A DNA stretch of 64,000 nt from Pontiella sp. (lineage in GTDB: Bacteria > Verrucomicrobiota > Kiritimatiellia > Kiritimatiellales > Pontiellaceae): NCBI GenBank assembly GCA_050290185.1, contig JBNKHE010000008.1:148647-212646 (forward strand), written 5' to 3'. The stretch's first letter is position 1. Each line of letters begins with the position of its first letter. Both the position numbers and the translations under genes were made by a program. This document shows, piece after piece, positions 1 to 8,793 of the stretch. Below the pieces are notes generated by a model. It made no database searches. It had not been told where the DNA came from and saw only the letters and a program-made list of their open reading frames with translations.

Positions 1-1
1 T

Positions 2-112
2 TTCGAGCGGATCATCCTCGCGCATGGTGATCTGGTTGAAACGAACGCAAAGTCTGTTGCGCAGTCGGCTTGGCGGAAGGTTTTAACGGGAACGAACCTT
101 CCGCACGAATAA
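2..112 (+). CDS. 3' end of a CDS cut by the window edge, DUF4336-like
   Basis: Frame 2 reads FERIILAHGDLVETNAKSVAQSAWRKVLTGTNLPHE*; the FERII.AHG motif resembles DUF4336 C-termini (from memory). Confidence 0.55.
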   Translation, partial: FERIILAHGDLVETNAKSVAQSAWRKVLTGTNLPHE

Positions 113-174
113 CTTGAGCCGTTTTGCGGCAAACGGTATACAGAACGCTCATTTTTTTCATTCGGAGCGTGTTT

Positions 175-2580
175 ATGAAAGTACCGGTCAGTTGGCTGAA
201 GGAATATGTTGATTTTGAGGACACCATCGAGGGGTTGGCGGACAAGCTGACCTTTGCGGGGCTGGAGGTCGAGGCGATCGAAGCGATCGGCTCCGATTTT
301 GCCGGCGTGGTGGTGGGCGAGGTGCTGGCTATCGAGCCGCATCCCGGTGCCGACAAGCTGCGTCTCTGCACCGTCAATTATGGCGCCGAAGAAACCATGC
401 AGGTCGTTTGCGGTGCGCCGAACGTCGAGGTTGGCGGCAAGTATCCCTTCGCGCCGGTTGGTACGACACTCCCTTGCGGTATTACACTCAAGAAGGCCAA
501 GATCCGCGGCGTACAATCCATGGGCATGCTTTGCGCCAAGGACGAGCTGGGGCTGGGCGAAGACCACTCCGGCCTGCTGGTGCTCGATGCCTCCCTCGAG
601 CCGGGAACGCTGTTTGTTCAAGTGTGGGGCGAGCCGGAAACGGTCATCGAACTCGAGATTACCCCGAACCGTCCAGACTGCCTTTCCATGATCGGTGTCG
701 CCCGCGAAATGGCAGTGCTCTACGGTTCCGAACTGAAGGTTCCCGCTTATGGGATTCTTGAAACCGAAGGCGATGTTAACGAAGAGATCTCCGTTGTTGT
801 GGAGGACTCGGAAAAGTGTCCGCGCTACACGGCTCGTGTGCTGAAGGATGCCAAAATCGGCCCGTCACCGGAATGGATGCAGAAGCGCCTCGAAGCAGCC
901 GGTCTGCGGCCGATCAACAACGTCGTGGATATCACCAACTATGTCATGCTCGAAACCGGTCATCCGCTGCACGCGTTCGATAAGAACCTGGTTGCTGGGA
1001 ACCAGATCATTGTCCGTGCCGCCAAACCGGGTGAAAAAATGCATACACTCGACGATGTCGAGCGTACCTTGACCGACGAGATGCTTGTGATTGCCGACGC
1101 TGATAAGCCCTCCGCCATTGCCGGTGTGATGGGCGGCAATGTTAGCGAAATCAATGACGAGACGACGACCATTCTGCTCGAAGCTGCCGCCTTCGAAACC
1201 TCGTCCATTCGTCACACTGCCAAGAAGCTGGGATTGTCCACCGACTCTTCCTACCGCTTTCAGCGCGGCGTCAATGCCGACTCCGTCGAATGGGCAAGCC
1301 GCCGGGCGGCGGAGCTCATGTGCGAACTGGCCGGAGCCACGGTCTGCCATGGCATCGTGGACCTCTATCCGCACCGGAAGCCGCATCTTGAAATCCCGTT
1401 CAGCTGGTCGCGTATCGAAGGCATGATTGGCTCGGGCATATCCGCCGAGGAAATGAAGAAAATCTTTACGTCGTTGGAAATCGAAATTGAGCACGACAAC
1501 GGTGAAACCGCGACTGCGTTCATCCCTAGTTTCCGCCTCGACCTCGAACGCGAAGTGGATCTCGTCGAGGAAATCGCCCGCATCCACGGCGTCGACAATG
1601 TGCCGGCCAAAATGCCGCTGGCCAAAGTGATTCCAACAGCCGACGACTCGCGGGTACGAGCAATTGGCGGACTGCGCAGCGGTCTGCAAGGGCTCGGTGT
1701 CAGCGAAATCATGAACTATACGTTGGTCAATCATCCCTTGCTCGACCTCTTCAACAAGGAAAACCGCGAAAGCCGCGAGGAGCTGCCGCATCCGATCAGC
1801 ATGGACCAGTCGGTGATGCGCACCTCGCTGATTCCGCAACTGGTCGAAAGCCTTGGCCGCAACCATTCGCGCCAGATCAGCGAGGCCTGCTTCTACGAAC
1901 TCGGCCGCGTCTTCAACCGCGTCGATGGCGCACCGGTCCAGACCGAAATGGTCTCGCTTGGCATGATGGGCCCGGTGGGCCGTTCACTGCTTGAAAAGCG
2001 CGCGCCGGTTTCCGATGAGGAAATGTTTGTCTGGATGAAGGGGCTGATTGAACAGTTGCTGGCGGCACAGAAGCTGGATAACGTTTCATTCAAAGCCGAA
2101 GACCGACCGGAATTCGAAAGCGGCACGGCCGTTTCCGTGTTAGTGGACGGCAATGTGGTCGGCTGCATGGGACTGGTGAACAAGACCGCGCGGGCCGAAT
2201 GGCGTCTGAACGGACCGGTGGCGGCCGCCGAGCTGCAACTGGAAGCATTGCTGAAAAATGCATTTGTCATCACCAAGACCGAGGATTTGGCGCAGTTCCC
2301 ATCCATGAGCCGCGATATCGCGCTGGTGGTCGATCAGTCGGTCAAGCACGAGGATGTGGTAACTTTTATCCAGAAAGCCAACCCCAAGGATCTCGAAAGT
2401 TTTGGCCTGTTCGACATCTATCAGGGCAAAGGCATCGAGCAAGGCAAGAAGAGCCTGGCGTATAACTTTGTCTACCGTTCCGGCAAGCAGACGCTGACCG
2501 ACAAGAAGGTGAATAAAGTTCACCAAAAGCTGAGCGACTTCCTTTGCCAAAAGCTAGGGGCTTCCTTGCGCGAGGGCTAA
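175..2580 (+). CDS. pheT: Phenylalanine-tRNA ligase beta subunit
   Basis: MKVPVSWLKEY start, tRNA-binding HPGADKL...VVCGAPN, ITPNRPDCLS, B3/4 NNVVDITNYVMLETGHPLHAFD, B5 and C-terminal FDX-ACB (RDIALVV...FDIYQG...KKSLA). Confidence 0.98.
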   Translation: MKVPVSWLKEYVDFEDTIEGLADKLTFAGLEVEAIEAIGSDFAGVVVGEVLAIEPHPGADKLRLCTVNYGAEETMQVVCGAPNVEVGGKYPFAPVGTTLPCGITLKKAKIRGVQSMGMLCAKDELGLGEDHSGLLVLDASLEPGTLFVQVWGEPETVIELEITPNRPDCLSMIGVAREMAVLYGSELKVPAYGILETEGDVNEEISVVVEDSEKCPRYTARVLKDAKIGPSPEWMQKRLEAAGLRPINNVVDITNYVMLETGHPLHAFDKNLVAGNQIIVRAAKPGEKMHTLDDVERTLTDEMLVIADADKPSAIAGVMGGNVSEINDETTTILLEAAAFETSSIRHTAKKLGLSTDSSYRFQRGVNADSVEWASRRAAELMCELAGATVCHGIVDLYPHRKPHLEIPFSWSRIEGMIGSGISAEEMKKIFTSLEIEIEHDNGETATAFIPSFRLDLEREVDLVEEIARIHGVDNVPAKMPLAKVIPTADDSRVRAIGGLRSGLQGLGVSEIMNYTLVNHPLLDLFNKENRESREELPHPISMDQSVMRTSLIPQLVESLGRNHSRQISEACFYELGRVFNRVDGAPVQTEMVSLGMMGPVGRSLLEKRAPVSDEEMFVWMKGLIEQLLAAQKLDNVSFKAEDRPEFESGTAVSVLVDGNVVGCMGLVNKTARAEWRLNGPVAAAELQLEALLKNAFVITKTEDLAQFPSMSRDIALVVDQSVKHEDVVTFIQKANPKDLESFGLFDIYQGKGIEQGKKSLAYNFVYRSGKQTLTDKKVNKVHQKLSDFLCQKLGASLREG

Positions 2581-2630
2581 CCGCTTTACAAAACAAGGGC
2601 ATTCGGTTATTCCTCTGAGCAAGGATTTTC

Positions 2631-2918
2631 ATGAAAGCTGTCAGCATAGCCCTAGCCGTGGTTTCGGTTGCCGTTGCGTCAACCGCCTATGTCTTGCGGC
2701 GCTCCGCGCCGCAACCCGTAGCGCATCCCGTGCCGGTTGAGGTTCCGGTTGTGGCCGAACATCCCGTTTTTCCCGAACCCGTACCAACCAATGCGGTGAA
2801 GGTCAACGATGACGGGCCGGTTCAGTCTCTAGAGGATCGGGGGGATGCCATGCTGTTCGAGATCGATGCCCTTCAGAGCATGCCGTTTGACGAGCCCATC
2901 GTCCGGCCATTCGATTAA
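2631..2918 (+). CDS. Small hypothetical protein with N-terminal membrane anchor and Pro-rich linker
   Basis: 95 aa ORF, AAGGA RBS-like sequence upstream, hydrophobic N-terminus. Confidence 0.55.
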   Translation: MKAVSIALAVVSVAVASTAYVLRRSAPQPVAHPVPVEVPVVAEHPVFPEPVPTNAVKVNDDGPVQSLEDRGDAMLFEIDALQSMPFDEPIVRPFD

Positions 2919-3026
2919 ACATCGACGTCTGGTTGCAATACCGGTGCCGACGAGTGCGATGCTCAATCAGTCAAAATCGGCTGTTTAAGCTTGTTGTTGA
3001 TCACGTGATCGCGCTTTTATCGGATC

Positions 3027-5189
3027 ATGAAATACTTGATCACATCCGTTGCCATCCTTTTGTTGTTTCTCGCGACTCTACCTGTTTCGGCCCAGAAGCA
3101 TGAAACCTTTGCTGAAAATCCCGGCAAGCGACAGGAGACCGTAAAAAAGACCCACGATAGGGCCCATCGCGAAAAGGAGCAGGCTCGGCAATGGGCGGAA
3201 GCCCACGGGATGTCGATGCGGGATGATAACGGAGTGCGGACCATGCAGCTTATGGGTATCCGGGGTAATCGGCATATCTGGTACACGACGGAAAACTATA
3301 ACGCCGCGATTTCGACCGCCGCCAATCAGGTGCGCAATACTGCACCATTTAATGCCGACGGTTCAGGGCTGACGGTCGGGGTGTGGGATACGGGCTCGGT
3401 GATGACCAGCCATCAGGAGTTCGGTGGTCGCGTATCCAATATGGATAGTGTGGCCTCCTATTACCATTCAACCCACGTTGGCGGAACCATTGGCGCCGCC
3501 GGGGTTGCCCTTGGCCGGCAGGGTATGGCACCTGCTGTCAACATTGATTCCTACGACTGGAACGATGATATTGCTGAAATGAACGGTCGGGCAGCGGCAT
3601 CGCCTGGCGAATCAGGAGCACTCTATCTGTCCAATCACTCCTATGGAACCATTTGTGGCTGGCACTACCTCAGTGATGGAAATAGCTGGTCGGGGAATGC
3701 CGGTTGGCACTGGCCCTACTGGTTGAATTGGGGGGCGGGTGAGGTTGACCCCTTGTATGGTCAATACGATTCAGGGGCCATGGATTATGATCAGGCCGTC
3801 TATGATGCACCGTATTTCCTGCCCTTTGTGGCAGCCGGCAACGACCGTAATGATGGTCCCTCGAATGGCGACACCGTCTATTATAATCAGGGATCATGGC
3901 AATCCGCAATCTACAACAGTTCGATGCATCCGCTAGCGGAGAAGTCGTATAAGGGCGGCTACGATACCATCAAGGGTGAGGCATGTGCCAAAAACATCAT
4001 GACAGTTGGCGCAGTGAAGGATGCCGTGTCCGGTATCAACCGTTCACTGGACAACGCCGACATGACTTCCTTTAGCGGATGGGGACCTGCAGACGATGGC
4101 CGGATCAAGCCCGATATCGTGGCCAATGGATGGGATGTATGGTCGTGCGATGATGACAGCACCAATGATTATATCAACCTGTCGGGGACCAGTATGGCAA
4201 CCCCCAATGCCTGTGGGTCGGCAGCCCTCCTGATTGATTACTACAACCAGCAGTTTCCCGGGCAGTATATGCGAGCCAGCACGCTTAAAGGGCTCATCAT
4301 CCATACGGCGGATGATCTGGGGAACCCGGGGCCCGACTATGCGTATGGTTGGGGGTTGATGAACACAAAGGCTGCGGCCGAGTTGATCCAGGGCGTTGCA
4401 AACGGCCATGTCATGTCCATGACGGAGGACCATCTGGGCCGCAATGACAGCATGGACAACTGGGAGGTCTACAGCGATGGCTATGAACCATTGCGCATAA
4501 CACTTTGCTGGACCGATCCCCCAGCTGCTGGACAGACGGATAACGATGTACGTCTGGCGATGTTGGTTAATGATCTCGATCTGACGGTTACCGGCCCGGA
4601 TGGTCTTCATTATCCTTATTCTTTGGACTATACGAACCCAGCGTCCAACGCCACGGCAAGCGCGAAAAACAATGTCGACAATGTCGAGCAGGTCTATATC
4701 AATGCGCCCATCGCAGGGTTCTACACGATTACAGTGGATTACGATGGCTCGCTCATGGGGAGCACCCAGTGGTATTCGCTGCTGGTCAGTGGTGATATCT
4801 TTGACTCGGACGGCGATGGCCTGGCGGATGGTTGGGAATACACCTATTTCTCGAGTACCACCGGAGCCATTGCAACGGCCGATAGTGACGGCGACGGGCA
4901 GGATAATCTGTCTGAGTATATTTCGGGACACAATCCCCTGCTGACCGGTTCCCGGTTTGGTGTCTCGGAAATCATTCCGCCGCAGTCGGGCTATGAATCC
5001 CCCTTCATCCTTTCGTGGGATCCGGTTACGGGACGGGTGTACCGCGTCAGCTGGTCCACATCTATGGGCTACTCTACCTTTACGAATATTTCCGGCGACC
5101 TGCCATATCCGGCGAACAGCTACACGGATACGGTTGAGCGGGCCGGCCCGAATCAATTCTACAAGCTACAGGTACGGCTGGCGCCTTAG
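3027..5189 (+). CDS. Secreted S8 (subtilisin-like) serine peptidase with DxDxDG Ca-binding repeats and C-terminal sorting-like domain
   Basis: Signal peptide; catalytic VGVWD, HSTHVGGT, SGTSMATP; DGRIKPDIVA; P-domain-like LVNDLDL...DNVEQV; DSDGDGLADGWE repeats; ends FYKLQVRLAP. Confidence 0.92.
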   Translation: MKYLITSVAILLLFLATLPVSAQKHETFAENPGKRQETVKKTHDRAHREKEQARQWAEAHGMSMRDDNGVRTMQLMGIRGNRHIWYTTENYNAAISTAANQVRNTAPFNADGSGLTVGVWDTGSVMTSHQEFGGRVSNMDSVASYYHSTHVGGTIGAAGVALGRQGMAPAVNIDSYDWNDDIAEMNGRAAASPGESGALYLSNHSYGTICGWHYLSDGNSWSGNAGWHWPYWLNWGAGEVDPLYGQYDSGAMDYDQAVYDAPYFLPFVAAGNDRNDGPSNGDTVYYNQGSWQSAIYNSSMHPLAEKSYKGGYDTIKGEACAKNIMTVGAVKDAVSGINRSLDNADMTSFSGWGPADDGRIKPDIVANGWDVWSCDDDSTNDYINLSGTSMATPNACGSAALLIDYYNQQFPGQYMRASTLKGLIIHTADDLGNPGPDYAYGWGLMNTKAAAELIQGVANGHVMSMTEDHLGRNDSMDNWEVYSDGYEPLRITLCWTDPPAAGQTDNDVRLAMLVNDLDLTVTGPDGLHYPYSLDYTNPASNATASAKNNVDNVEQVYINAPIAGFYTITVDYDGSLMGSTQWYSLLVSGDIFDSDGDGLADGWEYTYFSSTTGAIATADSDGDGQDNLSEYISGHNPLLTGSRFGVSEIIPPQSGYESPFILSWDPVTGRVYRVSWSTSMGYSTFTNISGDLPYPANSYTDTVERAGPNQFYKLQVRLAP

Positions 5190-5204
5190 GCTTCTACTCC
5201 CCGG

Positions 5205-7211
5205 CTAGCATTCCAGGTCGGGAATTTCAGTAAACTCAACCGGACATTCCTCCAGCGATTCAAGAAAAAGGCGTCCATACCACTGGTTTTGCACACGGCT
5301 GTCGAGGATGGTAACCGTTCCGCTATCGCGTGAACTACGGATGAGGCGTCCCACACCCTGCCGAAACTTCAGCACGGCTTCGGGCAGGGAATATTCCTTG
5401 AATGGATTGCCTCCCTGCGCTTCGATGGTTTCGAACCGCGCCTGGATCAACGGATGGTCCGGCACGGCAAAGGGGAGGCGGGTGATGATGACATTGCTCA
5501 ACGCATCGCCCTGCACATCGACCCCCATCCAGAAACGGTCGAGTCCGAACAGCACGCCGGCCTCGTGATTGCGGAATTTTTCAAGCATGCGCTGGGGCGG
5601 CATGCCGGTGCCCTGGACCAGAAACTCGAACCCGTCCAGCTCGAAGTCGAAACGCAGCTCATCGGCCACCTTTTTCATGAAGCGCGCGTTGGTAAAGAGC
5701 ACAAAGGCGCGCCCGCGGCTTTCGCGCACGAGATGGCGAATGGCCGCGCTGGCTGCCTGCTCGAACTTCTCCGAGGAAGGGGGGGGCATATTGGCCGGAA
5801 TCTGGATGCACATCTGCCGGGCATAGTCGAACGGCGAGCCGACGCGCAGTTCTGAGCAGTCCATGGCGCCCACCCGGTGGCGGAAGTATTCAAGGTTGTC
5901 GCCGACCGCCAGCGTGGCGCTGGTCATCACGACGCATGGAATTTCCTCGAACAGCATTTCGCGCAGGATCGGGCCGACATCGATAGGGGCCGAGTACAGG
6001 ACCGGCACGCGCCGCCGTCCCTGGACTTCCGTCCAATAAACCTGTCCTTCCAGCGATTGCTTCAGAAAGGCCTCCACGGTATCGCGCAGTTCCAGACCCT
6101 TGTTTCGCAGGCTCTTGATTTCGGCCTGAATCCCGTCGTCTTCCGTGGTCTGTGTCAGGGTTTTCAGGTGTTCGCACAGGTTGGTGATCTTCAGTGGCAG
6201 GTCGGTTTCGATGGGTGGGGGGGCCAGTACGCGTTGCTGGGTCTTTTGCGGTCCGAGCTTGAAGTGGCTGCGTACCGCCTCGAAAAAGGCTTCGGCCGCC
6301 TCGCGGGTTTGGTCGGCCATGAAGGTGCCTTTTCCGTCCTTAAGCATCGCGCATAGACCGCGCCGTTTTTCGCCGTGGATGCGCCGGAGCCAGTATTCGA
6401 TCATGTAGAGCGATAGGCGGATGCCGAGATGCGAAGAGGCGACCTGCTCCATCTGATGCGCCTCGTCGAAGACGACATAGCCGTAGGGCGGGAGCATCGC
6501 CGCACCTTCGGCGCGCAGGGCCAGCTCGGCAAAGAAGAGCGAATGGTTGACCACCAGCACCTGTGCGTCCTGCATCTGCTGGCGGGCAATCATGAAATAG
6601 CATTCCTTATAAAACGGGCAGCGCTTTCCGGTGCAGTTGCCGTGTTCGGCGCAAATCGAGCCCCATACATCGTGGTCGGGTTGCTCGGCCAGATTCTGAT
6701 AGCTGCCATCGCCCAGTTGCCTGCTGCTGGCCAAGGCGTGGATATCGTCGAGCTGTCGCGCTTTCGTGTCGTCAAACAGGTCGCCGGATGCCCGGCGCGC
6801 GCGCTGGAGACGCAGCAGGCAGAGATAATTGGACCGGCCTTTGACCATTACGGCCTTGAAATCGAGGCCAAGCGTTTTGCGCACAAATGGGATGTCCTTG
6901 TCTATTAACTGTTCCTGGAGCGTGATCGTATAGGTAGCAATGACGCAACGGGTCTCGTGCTCCAATGCGGTCAGGATCTGGGGCACCAGATAGGCAAAGC
7001 TCTTGCCGACCCCGGTTCCCGCCTCCACGGCCAGATGATGCCCTATGCCGGCCGCGTCGGCTAAAGCTCGCGCCATGGTCTGCTGCTGCGGACGAAGCTC
7101 GAAATCGATTCCTCCTTCGATGCAATGCTGCTCAAACAGGCCGCCCGGCTCAAAAAAGCGGTCCGTGGCATTGGCTGCCGTGGTAGCAGGCGTTGGATCT
7201 GGAAATATCAT
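5205..7211 (-). CDS. dinG: DinG/YoaA-family ATP-dependent DNA helicase with Fe-S cluster
   Basis: VEAGTGVGKS Walker A, KGRSNYLC, Cys cluster C..C....C.....C, VVNHSL, FDEAH, TSATL, SPFDY, QGVGRLIRS. Confidence 0.93.
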   Translation of the reverse strand: MIFPDPTPATTAANATDRFFEPGGLFEQHCIEGGIDFELRPQQQTMARALADAAGIGHHLAVEAGTGVGKSFAYLVPQILTALEHETRCVIATYTITLQEQLIDKDIPFVRKTLGLDFKAVMVKGRSNYLCLLRLQRARRASGDLFDDTKARQLDDIHALASSRQLGDGSYQNLAEQPDHDVWGSICAEHGNCTGKRCPFYKECYFMIARQQMQDAQVLVVNHSLFFAELALRAEGAAMLPPYGYVVFDEAHQMEQVASSHLGIRLSLYMIEYWLRRIHGEKRRGLCAMLKDGKGTFMADQTREAAEAFFEAVRSHFKLGPQKTQQRVLAPPPIETDLPLKITNLCEHLKTLTQTTEDDGIQAEIKSLRNKGLELRDTVEAFLKQSLEGQVYWTEVQGRRRVPVLYSAPIDVGPILREMLFEEIPCVVMTSATLAVGDNLEYFRHRVGAMDCSELRVGSPFDYARQMCIQIPANMPPPSSEKFEQAASAAIRHLVRESRGRAFVLFTNARFMKKVADELRFDFELDGFEFLVQGTGMPPQRMLEKFRNHEAGVLFGLDRFWMGVDVQGDALSNVIITRLPFAVPDHPLIQARFETIEAQGGNPFKEYSLPEAVLKFRQGVGRLIRSSRDSGTVTILDSRVQNQWYGRLFLESLEECPVEFTEIPDLEC

Positions 7212-7424
7212 GGGTCGACTGTAGCTGAAGCCGGGAAGGTCTGGAATCGATTTAACGTGAATTCAATGCAAAATGTGCGTTACCCGAAACAGGAGTCAGA
7301 TAGATGTCATCGGAAAAATAAGCGTCATAATCGATGATATTCAAGAAAACGCTGGCTAATCCGGATTGATCGGCGTAGAAAAGTCGGTGCATTTCGAACA
7401 ATTAGCGTTTGTGTAAGGGTATAT

Positions 7425-8099
7425 ATGTTAAGAACGAAGGCCTTTTTAGTACTGGCAGGCATGGTTGCCGTTGCTTCCGCACAGCAAGGAACGACCATGG
7501 GAATCGTAGGCGTATCCCACGTTCAGGAACCCATGGGCTTTCACATTGCGGGTATGCAATACAACGCTGATTCGACCAACACACCTGCAACTATTTACGG
7601 CGACGCGCTTCCCCTGGGTTCCAGGATATATAAGTGGAATGGAGCAACTTACGTTTCATCTGAGTATCATGAGTATTTCGATTTCGATCTCTTAGCCAAC
7701 GTCATAGGATGGGATACAGAATTCAGTATTGATAATGGCGAAGGCTATTGGGTCTCTGCTCCTAGCGCTGTGGATACCTTTCTTAATGGGAATGTTCCCG
7801 TCGACGATGCCATAACTAATTCTATCATGGCAGGATTTCAGATCTGCTCATATCCTTATCCAGTGGATTGTAGTATTACAAATTTGGGTTTTACGCCATC
7901 GTTGGGTGATAGGATATATGCCTGGAATGGAACCACTTACGTTTTGTCCGAGTATCACGAGTATTTTGATTTCGATCTCCTTTCCAACGTCATAGGATGG
8001 GACAACAAAGCGATTCAGGTCAGCGTTGGGCAGGGTTTCTGGTATATGTCGACCGTAGAAACGAACTGGGTTGTTTCGCGGCCTTTCAACTTGAACTAA
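7425..8099 (+). CDS. Secreted hypothetical protein with internal two-fold repeat
   Basis: Signal peptide; repeated LG.RIY.WNG.TYV.SEYHEYFDFDLL.NVIGWD...G.G(Y/F)W unit with 96 aa period. Confidence 0.8.
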   Translation: MLRTKAFLVLAGMVAVASAQQGTTMGIVGVSHVQEPMGFHIAGMQYNADSTNTPATIYGDALPLGSRIYKWNGATYVSSEYHEYFDFDLLANVIGWDTEFSIDNGEGYWVSAPSAVDTFLNGNVPVDDAITNSIMAGFQICSYPYPVDCSITNLGFTPSLGDRIYAWNGTTYVLSEYHEYFDFDLLSNVIGWDNKAIQVSVGQGFWYMSTVETNWVVSRPFNLN

Positions 8100-8127
8100 A
8101 CCCGTATTTATATTGATTGAGGTATGA

Positions 8128-8739
8128 ATGATGAAGAAAACAACTGCATTTCTGGTTGCCGCGCTGGCGTCGAGCTCTGTTTTTGCGGATATAGACGTAG
8201 AGCTGAAAAACATTGATAGTTCCGGCAGTGTTTATAAATCTGGCGGCGGCACAATCGCTGTTAATCAGGCATACGTTCAGTTGGTTTGGTCACCGACAAA
8301 TACGGCTCAGGCGAATATCACTGATTCCCAGTTGCTTGGAGCAGGCGAATATCTTCTGAATGAGGTGTATTCCAGCGCCGGGGCAGCAGGGCGTTTTCCA
8401 AGTCAAGGGATCCTCACATATACCGATGCCGATGTCGGGAATAACAATATTAATGCCGGGTTTTTCTTTGTACGAATCTATGACTACGATGCTGCTGTTA
8501 TAAGTGAAGGAGACTTCTACCTGCAACAGTATGTACAAGGACCGACCCTGACTGAATACGATACCGCTCCAGCCCCGAGGCCGATAGCATACAATACAGA
8601 TGGATCTCTTGGCGGTGCGCTTGATGACACTAACGTGGGCGGTGGCAATGTCGTGATTCCGGAACCGGCGGTGGCCAGTTTGATCGGCATCTTTGGCGTA
8701 GGGTTGCTGTTTGGACGCCGCATTTTCGGCAAGAACTGA
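8128..8739 (+). CDS. PEP-CTERM sorting domain surface protein
   Basis: Signal peptide; C-terminal VIPEPAVASLIGIFGVGLLFGRRIFGKN (PEP motif, TM helix, basic tail); GAGG RBS. Confidence 0.93.
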   Translation: MMKKTTAFLVAALASSSVFADIDVELKNIDSSGSVYKSGGGTIAVNQAYVQLVWSPTNTAQANITDSQLLGAGEYLLNEVYSSAGAAGRFPSQGILTYTDADVGNNNINAGFFFVRIYDYDAAVISEGDFYLQQYVQGPTLTEYDTAPAPRPIAYNTDGSLGGALDDTNVGGGNVVIPEPAVASLIGIFGVGLLFGRRIFGKN

Positions 8740-8764
8740 TTTCTTCCCGCACCAACGTGAAGCA

Positions 8765-8793
8765 GGCTCCGGTTGATCCGGAGCTTTTTTTTC
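8765..8793 (+). terminator. Intrinsic terminator after PEP-CTERM gene
   Basis: GCTCCGG-TTGAT-CCGGAGC followed by a T8 tract. Confidence 0.75.

Noticed and set aside
865..1866. Long antisense/alternate-frame ORFs (e.g. 865-1866, 9697-10890, 21347-22417, 33498-34817, 38835-39977, 51238-51870)
   Set aside because: Shadow ORFs of well-supported genes in GC-rich DNA, with no recognisable motifs
7615..8003. Repeat pairs (here and 14035/18183) as DGR template/variable regions
   Set aside because: Mismatches are not adenine-specific and no reverse transcriptase is present in the window
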